64,000 bases of DNA. Origin: an uncultured Saprospiraceae bacterium. Its GTDB lineage: Bacteria > Bacteroidota > Bacteroidia > Chitinophagales > Saprospiraceae. Positions 9,879-21,700 of the stretch are shown in pieces. A program made the position numbers and the translations under genes. The notes beneath the pieces were generated by a model that ran no database searches, was not told the DNA's origin, and saw only the letters and a list, made by a program, of their open reading frames with translations. Positions within the stretch are counted from its first letter, which is position 1; each line of letters opens with the position of its first letter. Where the stretch lies: positions 12,037 to 76,036 of the forward strand of contig CAKZUK010000010.1 in NCBI GenBank assembly GCA_937921775.1. Direction: 5' to 3'.

Positions 9879-11216
9879 TTACACTTTCAAGAGATGCCAC
9901 TTCTTCGTCCGTAAATACCAAACGGTTAGCCCCAACAAAATAATCCAGTAGAAAATCTCTCCTGCCCAGGCCCATTCTAATCCTCCATAGGTAAATTCTA
10001 CTACCACATAAATATAAACCATGTAAAACACAGCGCAGAGAAATTGAATTTTCAAACCATAATAAGTTGCACCCGTCCCAGCCAAACCATTAAAATATAC
10101 ACCTCCAACCGAAAACAGACTAAGGATACCCATCAAAACATAAAAAGTCGGCCTTGCTTCTGTAATCAATGACATATCCTCAGATCCCAACAATGGATAC
10201 AAAATATGTTCCGGCCAAATCACTACTGGCAAAGCCAATACCATGGTAACCATCCAACACAACTTCGCTGTTTTCCAAATCATAGGTTGCACTGCCTGTC
10301 GCTTTTGTTGACCAATTAGATTACTTACAATGGTATTGATACCCGAGGAGAATCCCCAACACGGAATCGACAAAAACAAGTAGACCATTCGCACCAAATT
10401 AGTAATGGCCAATTGACGCTCCCCAAGGTTTTCTACAATTCCAAAGAACACAAACCAACTTCCCAATCCAACCACCGCTTGAGCTACAATTGGAGTTGAG
10501 ATACTCAATTGCTTTTTTATAAGTGGTACATCAATCTTAGGAAACTTAAACAAATGGAAATCGCACACTTCCTCATCAAAGAAGATATAGATCACAAAAA
10601 TGACAAAGGCAATTATTTCAGCAATGGTACTTGCAACCGCAGCACCTCCAATCCCCATGGCTGGCAAACCGAAATGACCGAAAATAAGCGCATAGTTGAG
10701 TATGATATTGACAACGGCAAGAATCAAGGTATCAATGACGATAAAGGTCGTACGTGCAATTCCTGTATATAAGGCAATGATTGCCACTCCCATATAGCTA
10801 AAAAACACACCAAAGGAACGGTAATGGATATATTCTAGACTTTTTTCGTAAATAATATCGGAATTGACAAAGAGCGCAAAGAAGTATTGACAACCGTAAT
10901 ACATAAAGAGAAACATGACTATAGACAAACCCAACTCGAAATAAAGCATCGCATAAAAGGTTCTTCCAACCTCTTGAGGATTACCTTCTCCTGCCCGACG
11001 AGCAATCATAATCTGGCCTCCTTTAGAAAATCCATAGCCAATTGCAGCCACAATCAGATAGAAAACACTTACAAACCCAATAGCTGCAAAGTCAACTTCA
11101 CTCAAGTGATACAAAAACACACTATCACTCAAAGCTATCACATTCTGTACCGCTGAGCCCAACATGATTGGTGCTGAGATAGAGAAAATTTGTTTATATG
11201 ATGTGTTTAATTGCAT
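9879..11216 (-). CDS. MATE family efflux transporter
   Basis: 445 aa with 12 hydrophobic segments. The N-terminus IFSISAPIMLGSAVQNVIALSDSVFL is typical of MATE/NorM-like proteins. Confidence 0.85.
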   Translation of the reverse strand: MQLNTSYKQIFSISAPIMLGSAVQNVIALSDSVFLYHLSEVDFAAIGFVSVFYLIVAAIGYGFSKGGQIMIARRAGEGNPQEVGRTFYAMLYFELGLSIVMFLFMYYGCQYFFALFVNSDIIYEKSLEYIHYRSFGVFFSYMGVAIIALYTGIARTTFIVIDTLILAVVNIILNYALIFGHFGLPAMGIGGAAVASTIAEIIAFVIFVIYIFFDEEVCDFHLFKFPKIDVPLIKKQLSISTPIVAQAVVGLGSWFVFFGIVENLGERQLAITNLVRMVYLFLSIPCWGFSSGINTIVSNLIGQQKRQAVQPMIWKTAKLCWMVTMVLALPVVIWPEHILYPLLGSEDMSLITEARPTFYVLMGILSLFSVGGVYFNGLAGTGATYYGLKIQFLCAVFYMVYIYVVVEFTYGGLEWAWAGEIFYWIILLGLTVWYLRTKKWHLLKV

Positions 11217-11246
11217 CCGGGCCTCAAAAACGGCAATAATACCAAC

Positions 11247-12443
11247 TTATCCAAGTGCTTGCTCAAGATCAGCGATAATATCTGCTACATTCTCTATTCC
11301 TATCGACAAACGAACCAAACCATCTGTTATTCCATTTCTTTCTCTTACTTCTTTAGCAACATTGACGTGCGAGCTGGATGCTGGATGCAAAATGAGGGTG
11401 TCCACATCGCCTAAGGTAGGAGCAAGAGAACAGAATTTGATTTTATTCATGAAATCCATTCCTCCTTTAAAACCTGAATTCAGTTCAAAGCTCAACATGC
11501 CACCGAATTGACTCATTTGCTTTTTAGCAAGCTCGTGATCAGGGTGGGAGGGCAGGCCATTATAATTTACACGATTAACTTTAGGATGCTCTTCGAGATA
11601 CACTGCAACTGCCATTGCATTACTACAATGTCGATCCATTCTAACTTCTAAGGTCTTCAAACCATTATTGAGCAACCAAGCATCGAAAGGGTTGCAATTC
11701 GTACCCGCCAGCTTCATGGTTCCCCATACTTTTTTATGCATCAATTCAAGATCTTTCCCTATGATGATACCAGCAATTGAATTACCATGCCCATTCAAAT
11801 ATTTTGTTGTAGAGTGAATAACAAAGTCGACTCCAAGGCCAAAAGGTTGCTGCAAATAAGGTGTACAAAATGTGGAGTCAACCGCACTTTTAATGCCATG
11901 CTTATTCGCAATTTGAGCCAAAGCCTCGATATCCACACAAGCAAGTGTGGGGTTTGCTGGCGTTTCAAAATAGATCATCTTTATCTTTGGATCACCTGCT
12001 ACTATCGTTTCAACTTTTTCAATGTCTTGCAAATCTGTCATGACCGTTTCAATACCTAGTGGTCCCAATACCTTTAGCAACAATTCAGTCGTTCCTCCAT
12101 AGAGATTGCCTTGAGTCAACAACTTATCACCAGCTTGCAAACAAGACATTAATAGTGTTGAAATAGCAGACATTCCCGAGCTGCACAAAACGGCAGAAGC
12201 TTCCATGTCCAAGCCATAAGTTTCGAGCATCGCTATCTTGGTCGCCACTGTATCAATCGTTGGATTCCCATATCTGCCGTAAGAATGACCGCTTGCTTTG
12301 CCACTAAAAATATCAATCCCTTGATCTATACTTTCGAATTCAAAAGAAGACGTTTGATAGATCGGAAGTTGGTGCGGACGGGTGCTACGCTGATCCTTAA
12401 TTTCCTTAACGCAAAGTGAACCAAATCCTTTTGTCGATTTCAT
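11247..12443 (-). CDS. Cys/Met-metabolism PLP-dependent enzyme (transsulfuration family; MetB/MetZ/methionine gamma-lyase-like)
   Basis: 398 aa. Motifs PIYQTSSFEF, YGRYGNPT, HSTTKYLNGHG (PLP lysine), LAPTLGDVDTLILHPASSSH. Confidence 0.85.
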   Translation of the reverse strand: MKSTKGFGSLCVKEIKDQRSTRPHQLPIYQTSSFEFESIDQGIDIFSGKASGHSYGRYGNPTIDTVATKIAMLETYGLDMEASAVLCSSGMSAISTLLMSCLQAGDKLLTQGNLYGGTTELLLKVLGPLGIETVMTDLQDIEKVETIVAGDPKIKMIYFETPANPTLACVDIEALAQIANKHGIKSAVDSTFCTPYLQQPFGLGVDFVIHSTTKYLNGHGNSIAGIIIGKDLELMHKKVWGTMKLAGTNCNPFDAWLLNNGLKTLEVRMDRHCSNAMAVAVYLEEHPKVNRVNYNGLPSHPDHELAKKQMSQFGGMLSFELNSGFKGGMDFMNKIKFCSLAPTLGDVDTLILHPASSSHVNVAKEVRERNGITDGLVRLSIGIENVADIIADLEQALG

Positions 12444-12809
12444 AAAGATGTTATTTTTATTTGAACGGCTAATTTGGGGAGATTTTATGAGAAAAACTAC
12501 ATTTCTCTTTGCAAGATTTGTAGGTTTTGTGATGTGCCTTACATTTATTTACGAGCCGACCATCTTCATTAATAATAACATCTAAGGAGAAAGGTAGGAA
12601 ATACACGAAAATTTAAGATATTTGAGCCCTCACAGATCCAATCACCTAGTATAATCTTTGTATTAATATTATCTTTTTAGTTCCTTTTTACGGAATTTGC
12701 ATTACAACTATGGAGGCGAACGAAAATACTATAGCTTGACTTTGTTCGTTTTAACACAGTTGTTGTCCAATCAAAATATTCCAGAAAAACTGTCTCTTAG
12801 CTTGTTTAT

Positions 12810-15800
12810 ATGCGATTTATAACCACTATCTCTCTATTACTTTTTACTTTTTCACTTTTTTCACAGCGATCCTTTCCGGTCAAAGTGAATAAAAAGTGGG
12901 GACTCATGAATGCCGAAGGCAAACTAATCCTTCCTCCTGACTATGACGGAATTGGAGAGTTTAAACGCTTTGGATATGCTGTAATGCAGAAACAGGGAGC
13001 TGTAGGAATGATCGATTATCTAGGCAATGAAATTGTTTCCCCACAATACGACGACATCAAAATTCTTGACTCCATCCTCATCGCAGTGATGGATGATATG
13101 GAATGGATGGTTTTAAACATTGACGGCGAGATCGTTTTGGAAAAAGGATATGAAAAAGTCTATGTTTGGGAAGGTCGCTTTCTTGGATTCATGAAAGGTA
13201 AAAAATGGGGAATAGCAGATATCAATGGTCAAAAAATTTGTTCTCCAAAATACGACGAGATAAAACTGGAAAAAGAAAAGTATTTTAAAACAAGAGTTAA
13301 AGACAACTTTGGACTCATAAGCCTATCTGGCAAAGTCATCCTTGAACCTCTTTGCGATGATATTAGAATTTACAATGATAGCCTGTTCTTCTATCAAATT
13401 GAAAAGAGTTGGGGAGCAGTTGACCACACCGGGCGTGAAGTGATCCCTTCCAACTATGATGACTTTAAAAAAGTAGCTACGAATTTCATCTCGCTTACTC
13501 GTAACAAAAAACGATACTTATTTTCGATTCCTGAAGTAGCCATTGTTACAGATGGAGAATATGATGATTACTATTCTTTTTCTAATGATTTTGCCTTAGC
13601 AAGAAAAGATCAAAAATTAGGTTTACTTGACTTAAAAGGCAACTTGGTTTTGCCATTGCTTTATGAAGAAATCAGCACTTTTGATGGTGATCGATTTAGA
13701 GCAAAGAAAACCAACCTTTGGGGGATTGTTGGATATAATGACGAAAATATCTTGCCTTTCGAATTCGAATATATTGCACCACCTAAGGAACGAATCATCA
13801 TTTACAAACAAAATGGATTACTAGGCCTTCTTGATGGCGCATTAGAAAAAGCAGTTGATCCTGAATGGGATAAAATTGAAATCGCAGAGGGTCAAGCCAA
13901 AGCATTAAAAGGTAAAGAATTTAGTATCTTCTATTTTGACGAAGAAGGTATTATCCAAGATGAAAATTCTTTTGAAGAATTAATCACCATAAAAATAGGA
14001 GGTGATAGCAGAACCGCTCGCCGTACTTGGACTCTACAAGATAGAATCAATCCAAATATCTTAGATAACTTCGAATGGTATTATTCAGGTCGTGCTAGAA
14101 AATTTGGTCTTCGCAGACTTGACGATGGTTCCATTCAAATAGAACCTTCTTTCCATAACATTCAAGTTGAAAAGGAACTAGGATTTACAATAGTGGGACT
14201 CGAAAAATTAGGTTACTTTGACTACGAACGAACTTCTTATCGCTTTGAAAGTGTCCATGGTATTGTCAACAACGAAGTAGGACTCTTAGTGACTTCTGTC
14301 AATCTATGGGACATTAGACTGAAGGATTTTGACAACGGTAGTCGTGTAGCTCGTTGTCTGGATGAAAATGGTAGATATGGATTGGTCAGTAGAGACCCGA
14401 TTGGTTTGGTTATGGAAAAAGGATATGCTTACATCGGAGAATTCCATAACGGCCTTGCACGGATGAGCAAAAGAGGAAGAATATCTGGTTCTACTAAACG
14501 AAAAGACAAGGAACGCGGACTGGGCAATTTAGATATCGCATTGAATGAAATGATTGCCGCAAACTCACTGTTGGATTATACACTCTACGACCAAGAGTTT
14601 GAAACAGAAGCACAAATAATTTGCGAAGATTGTACCTGGGGATATGTAGACACCACAGGTGCCGTAGTTGTTGAACCACAATATTCTTTCGCTAGAAACT
14701 TCGTCAATGAAGTAGGGATTGTAAGTTTAGATAACAAATGGGGATTGATTAGTACCAAAGGAAAATCTCTAATTCCTTGTGAATACGACGGTCTTCATTT
14801 TATGGAAAGTACCAACAATGAAATTCTTCGCATCTACAACAATAATCAAAAATTTGGACTGATTGATACACTCGGCCAAGTTACAGTCAACCTAAAATAC
14901 GACAAAATCGGAGCCTTCCGTGAAGGCCGACTAGCAGTTAATCGAAATGGAATTTGGGGCTTTGTCAACCTTGACGGACAGGAAGTTATTCCTCCTCGTT
15001 TCAAAAAAGTAAACAACTTTCACGATGGACTTGCTTCTGTAAAGACAAGTCGAAAATGGGGATTCATTGACCAAAATGGGGATACTCAAATTGAGTTTAA
15101 ATTCCGTCGACTAGGAAACTTTAAAGATGGGCTTGCCTGGGCATACACCTACAAAGGAACCGGTTACATCAACACAGAAGGCAAGATGGTAATCCCTCCT
15201 GACTTCGACAAAGCTTTTGACTTTGAAGGAGACGTCGCTCGTGTTGTAGTCAATGGCAAATTTGGTTTAATCAATAGAGCAGGTGATTTCGTACAAAAAC
15301 CAAAATTCACCAACATCGATTCTTTCAATGAGTATGATGTTGCCATTGCACGATATGGGAATGATCGAATCCGATATGGCTTAGTCAACAAATCGGGAAA
15401 CCTCATTACTAAACAAAACTTCCGATCTATCCGACCATTTAAAGAAGGTCTTGCCGCTGTAAAGTATAGAGATGGCTATGGCTTCATCAATTCTAAAGGC
15501 GAGTTAGTGATAGATGATACTTATTCCAAGGTTTCTGAATTCTCAAATGGCCGTGCCGCAGTGCAGCGCGATGGCCAATGTGGTTATATTGACAAAGAGG
15601 GTAGAGAAGTGGTAGAACTTGAGTTTTCAAAATGTCTTGACTTTGATGAAGGTAAGGCCGTGGTTTATCGAGGTTACAGACAAGGAGGTATTATTGACAC
15701 CCTTGGTAATTTCATTATTGAACCTACATTGGATCGAATCCTTGACTTTAGTGATGGCCGTGGTTTGGTTCGCGACAAAAATGCCCGATTCTATTACATT

Positions 15801-16142
15801 ACTCAAGAAGCAGACATGTCGGATGGTTATTACCAAACAGCTGGTAGCTTTAAACATGGTGTTGCCGTAGTTCAAAGTAAAGGCCGATGGGGAGTGATCA
15901 ACCAAAAAGGAATTGAGATAATACCTCCAAAATATGATCGTATTGAATCTTTCGAAGGTGGTTATGCAAAGGTAGGCATTAAACGATTTAATGGTCTTAC
16001 AAACTTAAAGGGTGAATTGATTATCCAACCCGAGTATGAATACATTTCTTATGTTGGAGAAGGTTTATTCAGAATAGAACAGGGAGATAAGATTGGTTAT
16101 TTCAATACTTCTGGACGCTGGGTTTGGGGACTAAAAGAGTGA
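12810..16142 (+). CDS. WG-repeat (KWG/WG_beta_rep type) secreted protein, about 28-30 tandem repeats
   Basis: 1110 aa. Signal-peptide-like N-terminus MRFITTISLLLFTFSLFSQ. A ~35-aa unit recurs: KWGLMNAEGKLILPPDYDGI, KWGIADINGQKICSPKYDEI, KWGLISTKGKSLIPCEYDGL, KWGFIDQNGDTQIEFKF, RWGVINQKGIEIIPPKYDRI and others. Confidence 0.85.
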   Translation: MRFITTISLLLFTFSLFSQRSFPVKVNKKWGLMNAEGKLILPPDYDGIGEFKRFGYAVMQKQGAVGMIDYLGNEIVSPQYDDIKILDSILIAVMDDMEWMVLNIDGEIVLEKGYEKVYVWEGRFLGFMKGKKWGIADINGQKICSPKYDEIKLEKEKYFKTRVKDNFGLISLSGKVILEPLCDDIRIYNDSLFFYQIEKSWGAVDHTGREVIPSNYDDFKKVATNFISLTRNKKRYLFSIPEVAIVTDGEYDDYYSFSNDFALARKDQKLGLLDLKGNLVLPLLYEEISTFDGDRFRAKKTNLWGIVGYNDENILPFEFEYIAPPKERIIIYKQNGLLGLLDGALEKAVDPEWDKIEIAEGQAKALKGKEFSIFYFDEEGIIQDENSFEELITIKIGGDSRTARRTWTLQDRINPNILDNFEWYYSGRARKFGLRRLDDGSIQIEPSFHNIQVEKELGFTIVGLEKLGYFDYERTSYRFESVHGIVNNEVGLLVTSVNLWDIRLKDFDNGSRVARCLDENGRYGLVSRDPIGLVMEKGYAYIGEFHNGLARMSKRGRISGSTKRKDKERGLGNLDIALNEMIAANSLLDYTLYDQEFETEAQIICEDCTWGYVDTTGAVVVEPQYSFARNFVNEVGIVSLDNKWGLISTKGKSLIPCEYDGLHFMESTNNEILRIYNNNQKFGLIDTLGQVTVNLKYDKIGAFREGRLAVNRNGIWGFVNLDGQEVIPPRFKKVNNFHDGLASVKTSRKWGFIDQNGDTQIEFKFRRLGNFKDGLAWAYTYKGTGYINTEGKMVIPPDFDKAFDFEGDVARVVVNGKFGLINRAGDFVQKPKFTNIDSFNEYDVAIARYGNDRIRYGLVNKSGNLITKQNFRSIRPFKEGLAAVKYRDGYGFINSKGELVIDDTYSKVSEFSNGRAAVQRDGQCGYIDKEGREVVELEFSKCLDFDEGKAVVYRGYRQGGIIDTLGNFIIEPTLDRILDFSDGRGLVRDKNARFYYITQEADMSDGYYQTAGSFKHGVAVVQSKGRWGVINQKGIEIIPPKYDRIESFEGGYAKVGIKRFNGLTNLKGELIIQPEYEYISYVGEGLFRIEQGDKIGYFNTSGRWVWGLKE

Positions 16143-16258
16143 TAAGTTGGAATTGGAATAACTTAAGATATAGGATGTGAATGATTTCTTTTTACTCCCG
16201 AATTACATAGGGTTTCACAAAACTATTTCTCCGCATTAGAACTTATCATAATTCCAAT

Positions 16259-16810
16259 TCAGATTTTTAATAACACCACAAGCCATTCCTCTCCATTAGT
16301 ATCCACATAGGTTTTCAAAACTACAAACCCAAGCTTCTCATGAGCACGCAAAGATCGTGTATTCCTTGCCGCAATTTCTGTGATCACATAATCAAAATCG
16401 CTACCCATTTCCACTTTCATTTTTTCATAAAGCCCCGAAAAAATTCCTCTACCTCGATATCCTTTTGCAATACACACTTGTCCCATCACAAAGTATTTAG
16501 CTTCAGCTAATTTCTCATCTTCAAAAATCATCGAATTGATTTGCTCAAACATCGGAACAAGAACTGGAATAGCGTTTCCGAAAGAAGGCAACATCACCAA
16601 AGTATAAGCAATCACTTCATCCTCATCTTTTGCAATGACATGTGGATAAGGATCGTTCATTGCGCTAAGCAAATCAAAATCATGTTGAACGGTTACAAAA
16701 CCCTCTTGCTTCAATTCTTCCTCAGAAATATTACTTTCCAGATTTGCTTGTTGCAAATCTAGAATTCCTAATAAATCATTTTCAGATTGGACAGTTGTAA
16801 AGGAAATCAT
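16259..16810 (-). CDS. GNAT family N-acetyltransferase
   Basis: 183 aa. Acetyl-CoA binding-type motif CIAKGYRGRGIFSGLYEKM, followed by RSLRAHEKLGF. Confidence 0.7.
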   Translation of the reverse strand: MISFTTVQSENDLLGILDLQQANLESNISEEELKQEGFVTVQHDFDLLSAMNDPYPHVIAKDEDEVIAYTLVMLPSFGNAIPVLVPMFEQINSMIFEDEKLAEAKYFVMGQVCIAKGYRGRGIFSGLYEKMKVEMGSDFDYVITEIAARNTRSLRAHEKLGFVVLKTYVDTNGEEWLVVLLKI

Positions 16811-17034
16811 GAAGGAAATTTAGTAAAAAATTTTGAATAGCTAAATTAATAAAATAATTTTTTTTTCAAAAAAAATAATGATTCATAGAACTTGTTTTAA
16901 ATATTAGGACACGTTTACCAAACATCGAAAGTTGAGTCAATAGCCATACTATCCTTATACTGAAATTGTCATTATCATTGGAATTGCAATTCAATAAGCT
17001 ATATTAGCATTATCATTAACGAAAATCCAATACC

Positions 17035-18480
17035 TTGAAAAAGTCATTCATCCAGCGAATCAAAGTTCCTCATGTATTCGTACTCCTCATGAGCGTCATC
17101 CTTTTTAGTTCGATTATGACCTACCTAGTTCCTTCTGGAAATTACCAACGAGAAGAAAGAACGGTCAATAAACTGACTAGAACAATGGTGGTTCCGAACA
17201 CTTTCAAGAGTATCGAAAAACACTACAGCCTTAAAGGTGCATTGATTGGAGATGATCAAGAGGGCAAAGCCTCACCCGTAAGTTTGCTTAAATTCCTATC
17301 GGCAATCCCACGTGGATTAGAAGGCGCCGCTGACATTATATTTTTCATTTTCATTGTTGGTGGCATCTTTAATGTAATTCAAAAAACAGGAACCATCACG
17401 GCCGTCATCCAAAAAATGTTGGATAAGTTTGCCAATTCAGGAATTGTGCTCATCGTTATTATGATGGTCTGCATTGCCATTGGCGGATCAACGATAGGAA
17501 TGGGGGAGGAACTAATCCCATTAGTCCCGGTGTTTTTATATGTCTCCTCTCAAATGGGCTACGATCGAATTTTTGGTCTAGCGCTTGTGATGCTTGCTGC
17601 TGATGTAGGATTTGCGGCAGCTACGACCAACCCCTTTACTGTCCAAATTGCTCAAGGAATTGCGGAGGTTCCGATTGGAAGTGGAATCGGTTTTAGGTTA
17701 GTATTTTTCGCTTGCATAATGACAGCTACTTTGATTTATGTAATTCGCTATGGAACAAAAGTTAAAAACGATCCTTCCAAATCTTTGTTAGCAGATATTG
17801 AATATTCTGCGAAAGATTTAGATGTGGAGCGCATTCCTTTACGTAAAGCGCATCTAGCCGTGGTGCTCATTTGTATTGTCATCTTTGGCTCTATACTCTA
17901 TGCTACACAAACGCAAGGTTGGTGGCTAGCGGAAATGGCGGGTGGTTTTATCTTTATGGGATTGATTGCAGCATGGATAGCTGGACTGACAATTGACGAG
18001 ACAGTTAAAGCTTTCGCAAAAGGTGCCGAAGAAATGGTCATCGCTGCACTAGTAGTTGGTTTCGCCAAAGGTATACAAATCGTGTTGATGGATGGCCAAA
18101 TCATGGATACACTCATTTATGGCGCTGCAAGTGTTTTGCAAGATTTCCCAAAACTGGTGGCTGCAGAAGGCATGCTGGTATTCCAATCATTACTTAACTT
18201 TTTTATTCCCTCTGGTTCCGGTCAAGCAGCTGCTACCATGCCATTGATGGCACCACTTTCTGATGTACTTGGCTTGTCTCGACAAACTGCTGTTTTTGCA
18301 TTTACTTGTGGTGATGGTTTTTCCAATGTCATTATACCGACCTCTGGTGTTTTGATGGCAATGCTTGGTTTAGCCAAAATCCCCTACGATCGCTGGTTGA
18401 AATTTATTGGCCCTTTGTTTTTGATTCTTATGGGGATCTCTGCGATTTTTATCGCTATCGCTGTTATGATTGATTTTTAA
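17035..18480 (+). CDS. YfcC / DcuC-like (C4-dicarboxylate anaerobic carrier superfamily) membrane transporter
   Basis: 481 aa, TTG start at 17035, polytopic. Blocks VPHVFVLL, IFFIFIVGGIFNVIQKTG and IPSGSGQAAATMPLMAPL resemble the YfcC family. Confidence 0.7.
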   Translation: MKKSFIQRIKVPHVFVLLMSVILFSSIMTYLVPSGNYQREERTVNKLTRTMVVPNTFKSIEKHYSLKGALIGDDQEGKASPVSLLKFLSAIPRGLEGAADIIFFIFIVGGIFNVIQKTGTITAVIQKMLDKFANSGIVLIVIMMVCIAIGGSTIGMGEELIPLVPVFLYVSSQMGYDRIFGLALVMLAADVGFAAATTNPFTVQIAQGIAEVPIGSGIGFRLVFFACIMTATLIYVIRYGTKVKNDPSKSLLADIEYSAKDLDVERIPLRKAHLAVVLICIVIFGSILYATQTQGWWLAEMAGGFIFMGLIAAWIAGLTIDETVKAFAKGAEEMVIAALVVGFAKGIQIVLMDGQIMDTLIYGAASVLQDFPKLVAAEGMLVFQSLLNFFIPSGSGQAAATMPLMAPLSDVLGLSRQTAVFAFTCGDGFSNVIIPTSGVLMAMLGLAKIPYDRWLKFIGPLFLILMGISAIFIAIAVMIDF

Positions 18481-18506
18481 TCTGAGTTCTGAGTTAGCTT
18501 AGAGAA

Positions 18507-18557
18507 CTGTTTCATTTGAACCTTGGTGATTTTCCCTTCAGGCTTCAAATGAAACAG
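18507..18557 (+). terminator. Long hairpin after the YfcC-like gene (14-bp perfect arms CTGTTTCATTTGAA / TTCAAATGAAACAG)
   Basis: Arms at 18507-18520 and 18544-18557, 27 nt after the stop codon. The T-tail is weak (CGAAGTTTTC). Confidence 0.45.
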
Positions 18558-18726
18558 CTCCGAAGTTTTCAGCATCATGCAAGGCTAAAAGAAATACATA
18601 TAATTCCTCACATCACCCTGATTGAAAATCGCTAGATAATAAGAGCAGCACCAAACGTACCATTCACCCAGCCAAAACAAGCATTCACTACTTACAGCTT
18701 CGATCTTAGTTTTTAATACTGCACAT

Positions 18727-18734
18727 TAGATTTG
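18727..18734 (+). promoter_or_regulatory. Candidate Bacteroidota -7 promoter box TAGATTTG (TAnnTTTG)
   Basis: Exact match to the consensus, 33 nt upstream of the ATG at 18767. Confidence 0.35.
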
Positions 18735-18766
18735 AAATAATTAGCTCAAAATTTAAATCTGCATGT

Positions 18767-21700
18767 ATGAAAAATTTAATCACAAAAAGGGCTGCCCACC
18801 TAACAATCGTAGCATTACTCTTTTCTAGTTTTGCTTTTACTCTTGTAAAAACACAACACCATCCGTTTGTAATTAACTTGCTAACACAACTCAAGCTGCA
18901 TAGCCAACAAGTGCAAAGTGAGAAAGTATATGTGCAGCTAGATCGAAATTTCTATCAACCGGGGGAACACATTTGGTTTAAGGCATACATTCGAAATGCA
19001 AATGGCCTCACCCAAACTGACATCAGCGACATCGTATATGTCGAATTGATTAATCCAAAAGGATCTGTCATTGGACGACAAAAGCTGATGGCAACGAATG
19101 GCTTAGGATCAGGTGTATTTCCCATTTCTGAGGATGTAGGTGGGATTTATAAAATAAAGGCATATACTTCTTGGCAAAAGAATTCCCAAACTACTTTTGT
19201 ACGAGATGTACAAGTTCAAAAGGTGGTATTACCTAACTTAAATATGAAACTAGACTTTGAAAGAAAGGCTTATGGTGCAGGAGATCAAGCTATAGCAAAT
19301 CTCTCTTTAGAAAGTTTAGACAACCTTCCTTTGCGTTATGCAAAATATGAATTCATCGTTCAAGTGGAAGGAAAAGAAGTACTTCGTCGAAAAGAAAGTG
19401 CCGACTTTGATGGTAAAGCAAGCATACAATTTAAACTCCCCAAAAAACTCAATTCAAACGATGCATTACTTCAGGTGATTATCCCACATAAAGGTGTAGC
19501 TGAATCAATTTCAAGATCAATTCCAATTGTTTTGAATGATATTGATCTACAATTTTTTCCGGAAGGGGGCGATCTGATTGCTGGTCTAAAAACTAAATTA
19601 GCATTCAAAGCTTTAAATGAATTTGGCAAACCTGCTGATATTGAGGGGGCTATTTATAACGCTTCTGGGGAGGAACTTTATGCTTTCAAAAGCTTTCATC
19701 AAGGAATGGGAAATTTAAATTTCTACCCTGATCGAAATGTAAAATACTACGCTAAAATTACCAAGCCAGAAGGCATTGCTAAAAAATATTACATTCCAAT
19801 TGTAAAGCCTCGAGGTTACAACCTCCATGTTTTATCACAAGATGATGAACAAATTAAAGTAAGCATTCAATCTACTCGATATACCGAATTGCATCTAGTT
19901 GCTCAAAACAATGACTTCATTCCTTTTTCAAAAACATTTATGATTGACAAGGAAACAACGATTAGTATTCCAATCAAAGATTTCCCAATGGGAATTTCAA
20001 AGCTGACACTCTTTGACTCTAAAGGCCAAGCACATTGTGAACGATTAGTTTTTGTCAATCCAAATAAGCATCTAAACATTTCGGTAAAAACCGACAAAGA
20101 AAAATATGCTCCACGAGAAAAGGTAGTAATGGATATCAACATAAGTGATCAAGAAGGTCATCCCGTAGCCGGTAACTTTTCACTTTCAGTCGCAGATAGC
20201 AAACTCCTTACTTTTGCTGATGATAAACAGGGACATATTTTTGCCAAAATATTTCTGGAGAGTGAACTAAAAGGAAAAATTGAAGAACCTGATTTCTATT
20301 TTAAAAAGGATGAAGCCAAAGCGATTGTCGGACTTGATTTATTAATGCAAACGCATGGATGGAGACGATTTGACTGGAAAGAAATCCAGAAAGAAGAACC
20401 AATTGCTTACACCTTCAAAAAGGAAGAAGCATTTATTGGAGGAAAAATAGTAAACGAATGTGGTGAACCGATTGTCAATGCCAGAATATCTGCGATAGGA
20501 CATGATTCCCATACTACAAGTAACGAATTTGGAGATTTCAAACTAAAAGGATTTCCATTTACTCATATCGGAAACAGAATTAAAATTGAATCTACAGGTA
20601 GAGCTTCTATCATAAAATCCGTTTCAGAATACAAACAAGATTTCTTCATCATTCAACCAGAAGGCTATGGGACAATATCTGGTAAAATATTACTTCCAAA
20701 TCGCACAAAAGCATCTGCTGCTTATGCAACTCTTTTTGATGACGAGGGCCAGCGATGGACAGGTAGGGTTTTTCAAAAACAAAATGAATATGCATTCAAC
20801 AATATACCTGCAGGTGAATACACGCTTCGTCTAAATCACCCTGGCTATAGATCTCATCAAGTCGAACGAGTTCGAGTTTGGGCAGGGACCAACATAAACA
20901 TTAGTCGAAAGCTAAAATCAAGCACTGATCCAACAGAAATATACGTTTCACAATTCAATAAAGAAATGGAGCAATCCAACAACGAATGGCTTAGCGCAAA
21001 AAATGACTTAAAAGCAGTAAGCAAGCAAAACACTCCTCCAGTTCATGAACTTGTTTTTCAAAAATCAAGGATTGCAGTTCGAGGTGGTGGAGTCAGTCTT
21101 GACGAAATTATTATTACAGAGTTCAAGGTTCCGCTAATCCAACAAGACAATACTACTCAAGGCGGCATAAAAACAGCGGAAGAAATTGCCAAATTACCCA
21201 CCAAAAACATTGGGGCTTTAGCTTCATCTGTAGCTGGGATGAGCCAGCTCGATGAAGGAGACGCCATTAATGTACGAGGTTCTCGCAGTAATGCAACGGA
21301 TGTTTATGTAGATGGCATTCGAGTAAATGCCAATGCCATTCAAAGTACTGACATCGAACAGATAGCTGTATTAACTGGCGGAATACCTGCCATGTATGGA
21401 GGAGGTTTATCACTTGACTTAAGAGCAAAAAAACGATACAATCCCCAATCAAAGTTTGATGGTAAACGCAATACAAACCTAATGGGGTATATAGACTATG
21501 ATGGCGATGATCAAGGATATGGTCTTGGATTAGGCGATGGAGGTTTTCAAAATACTGGAGAAGGGGCTAATAATTTTGTCGGAAATAATTATCGATATTC
21601 AAAACATAAAAAGTATAAGAAAACCCCGAAGAACATTTACCGACTAGTAGATCAGCGTCCCCAACTGAAATCAAAAGAATGTGAAAAAATAATGGATCCC

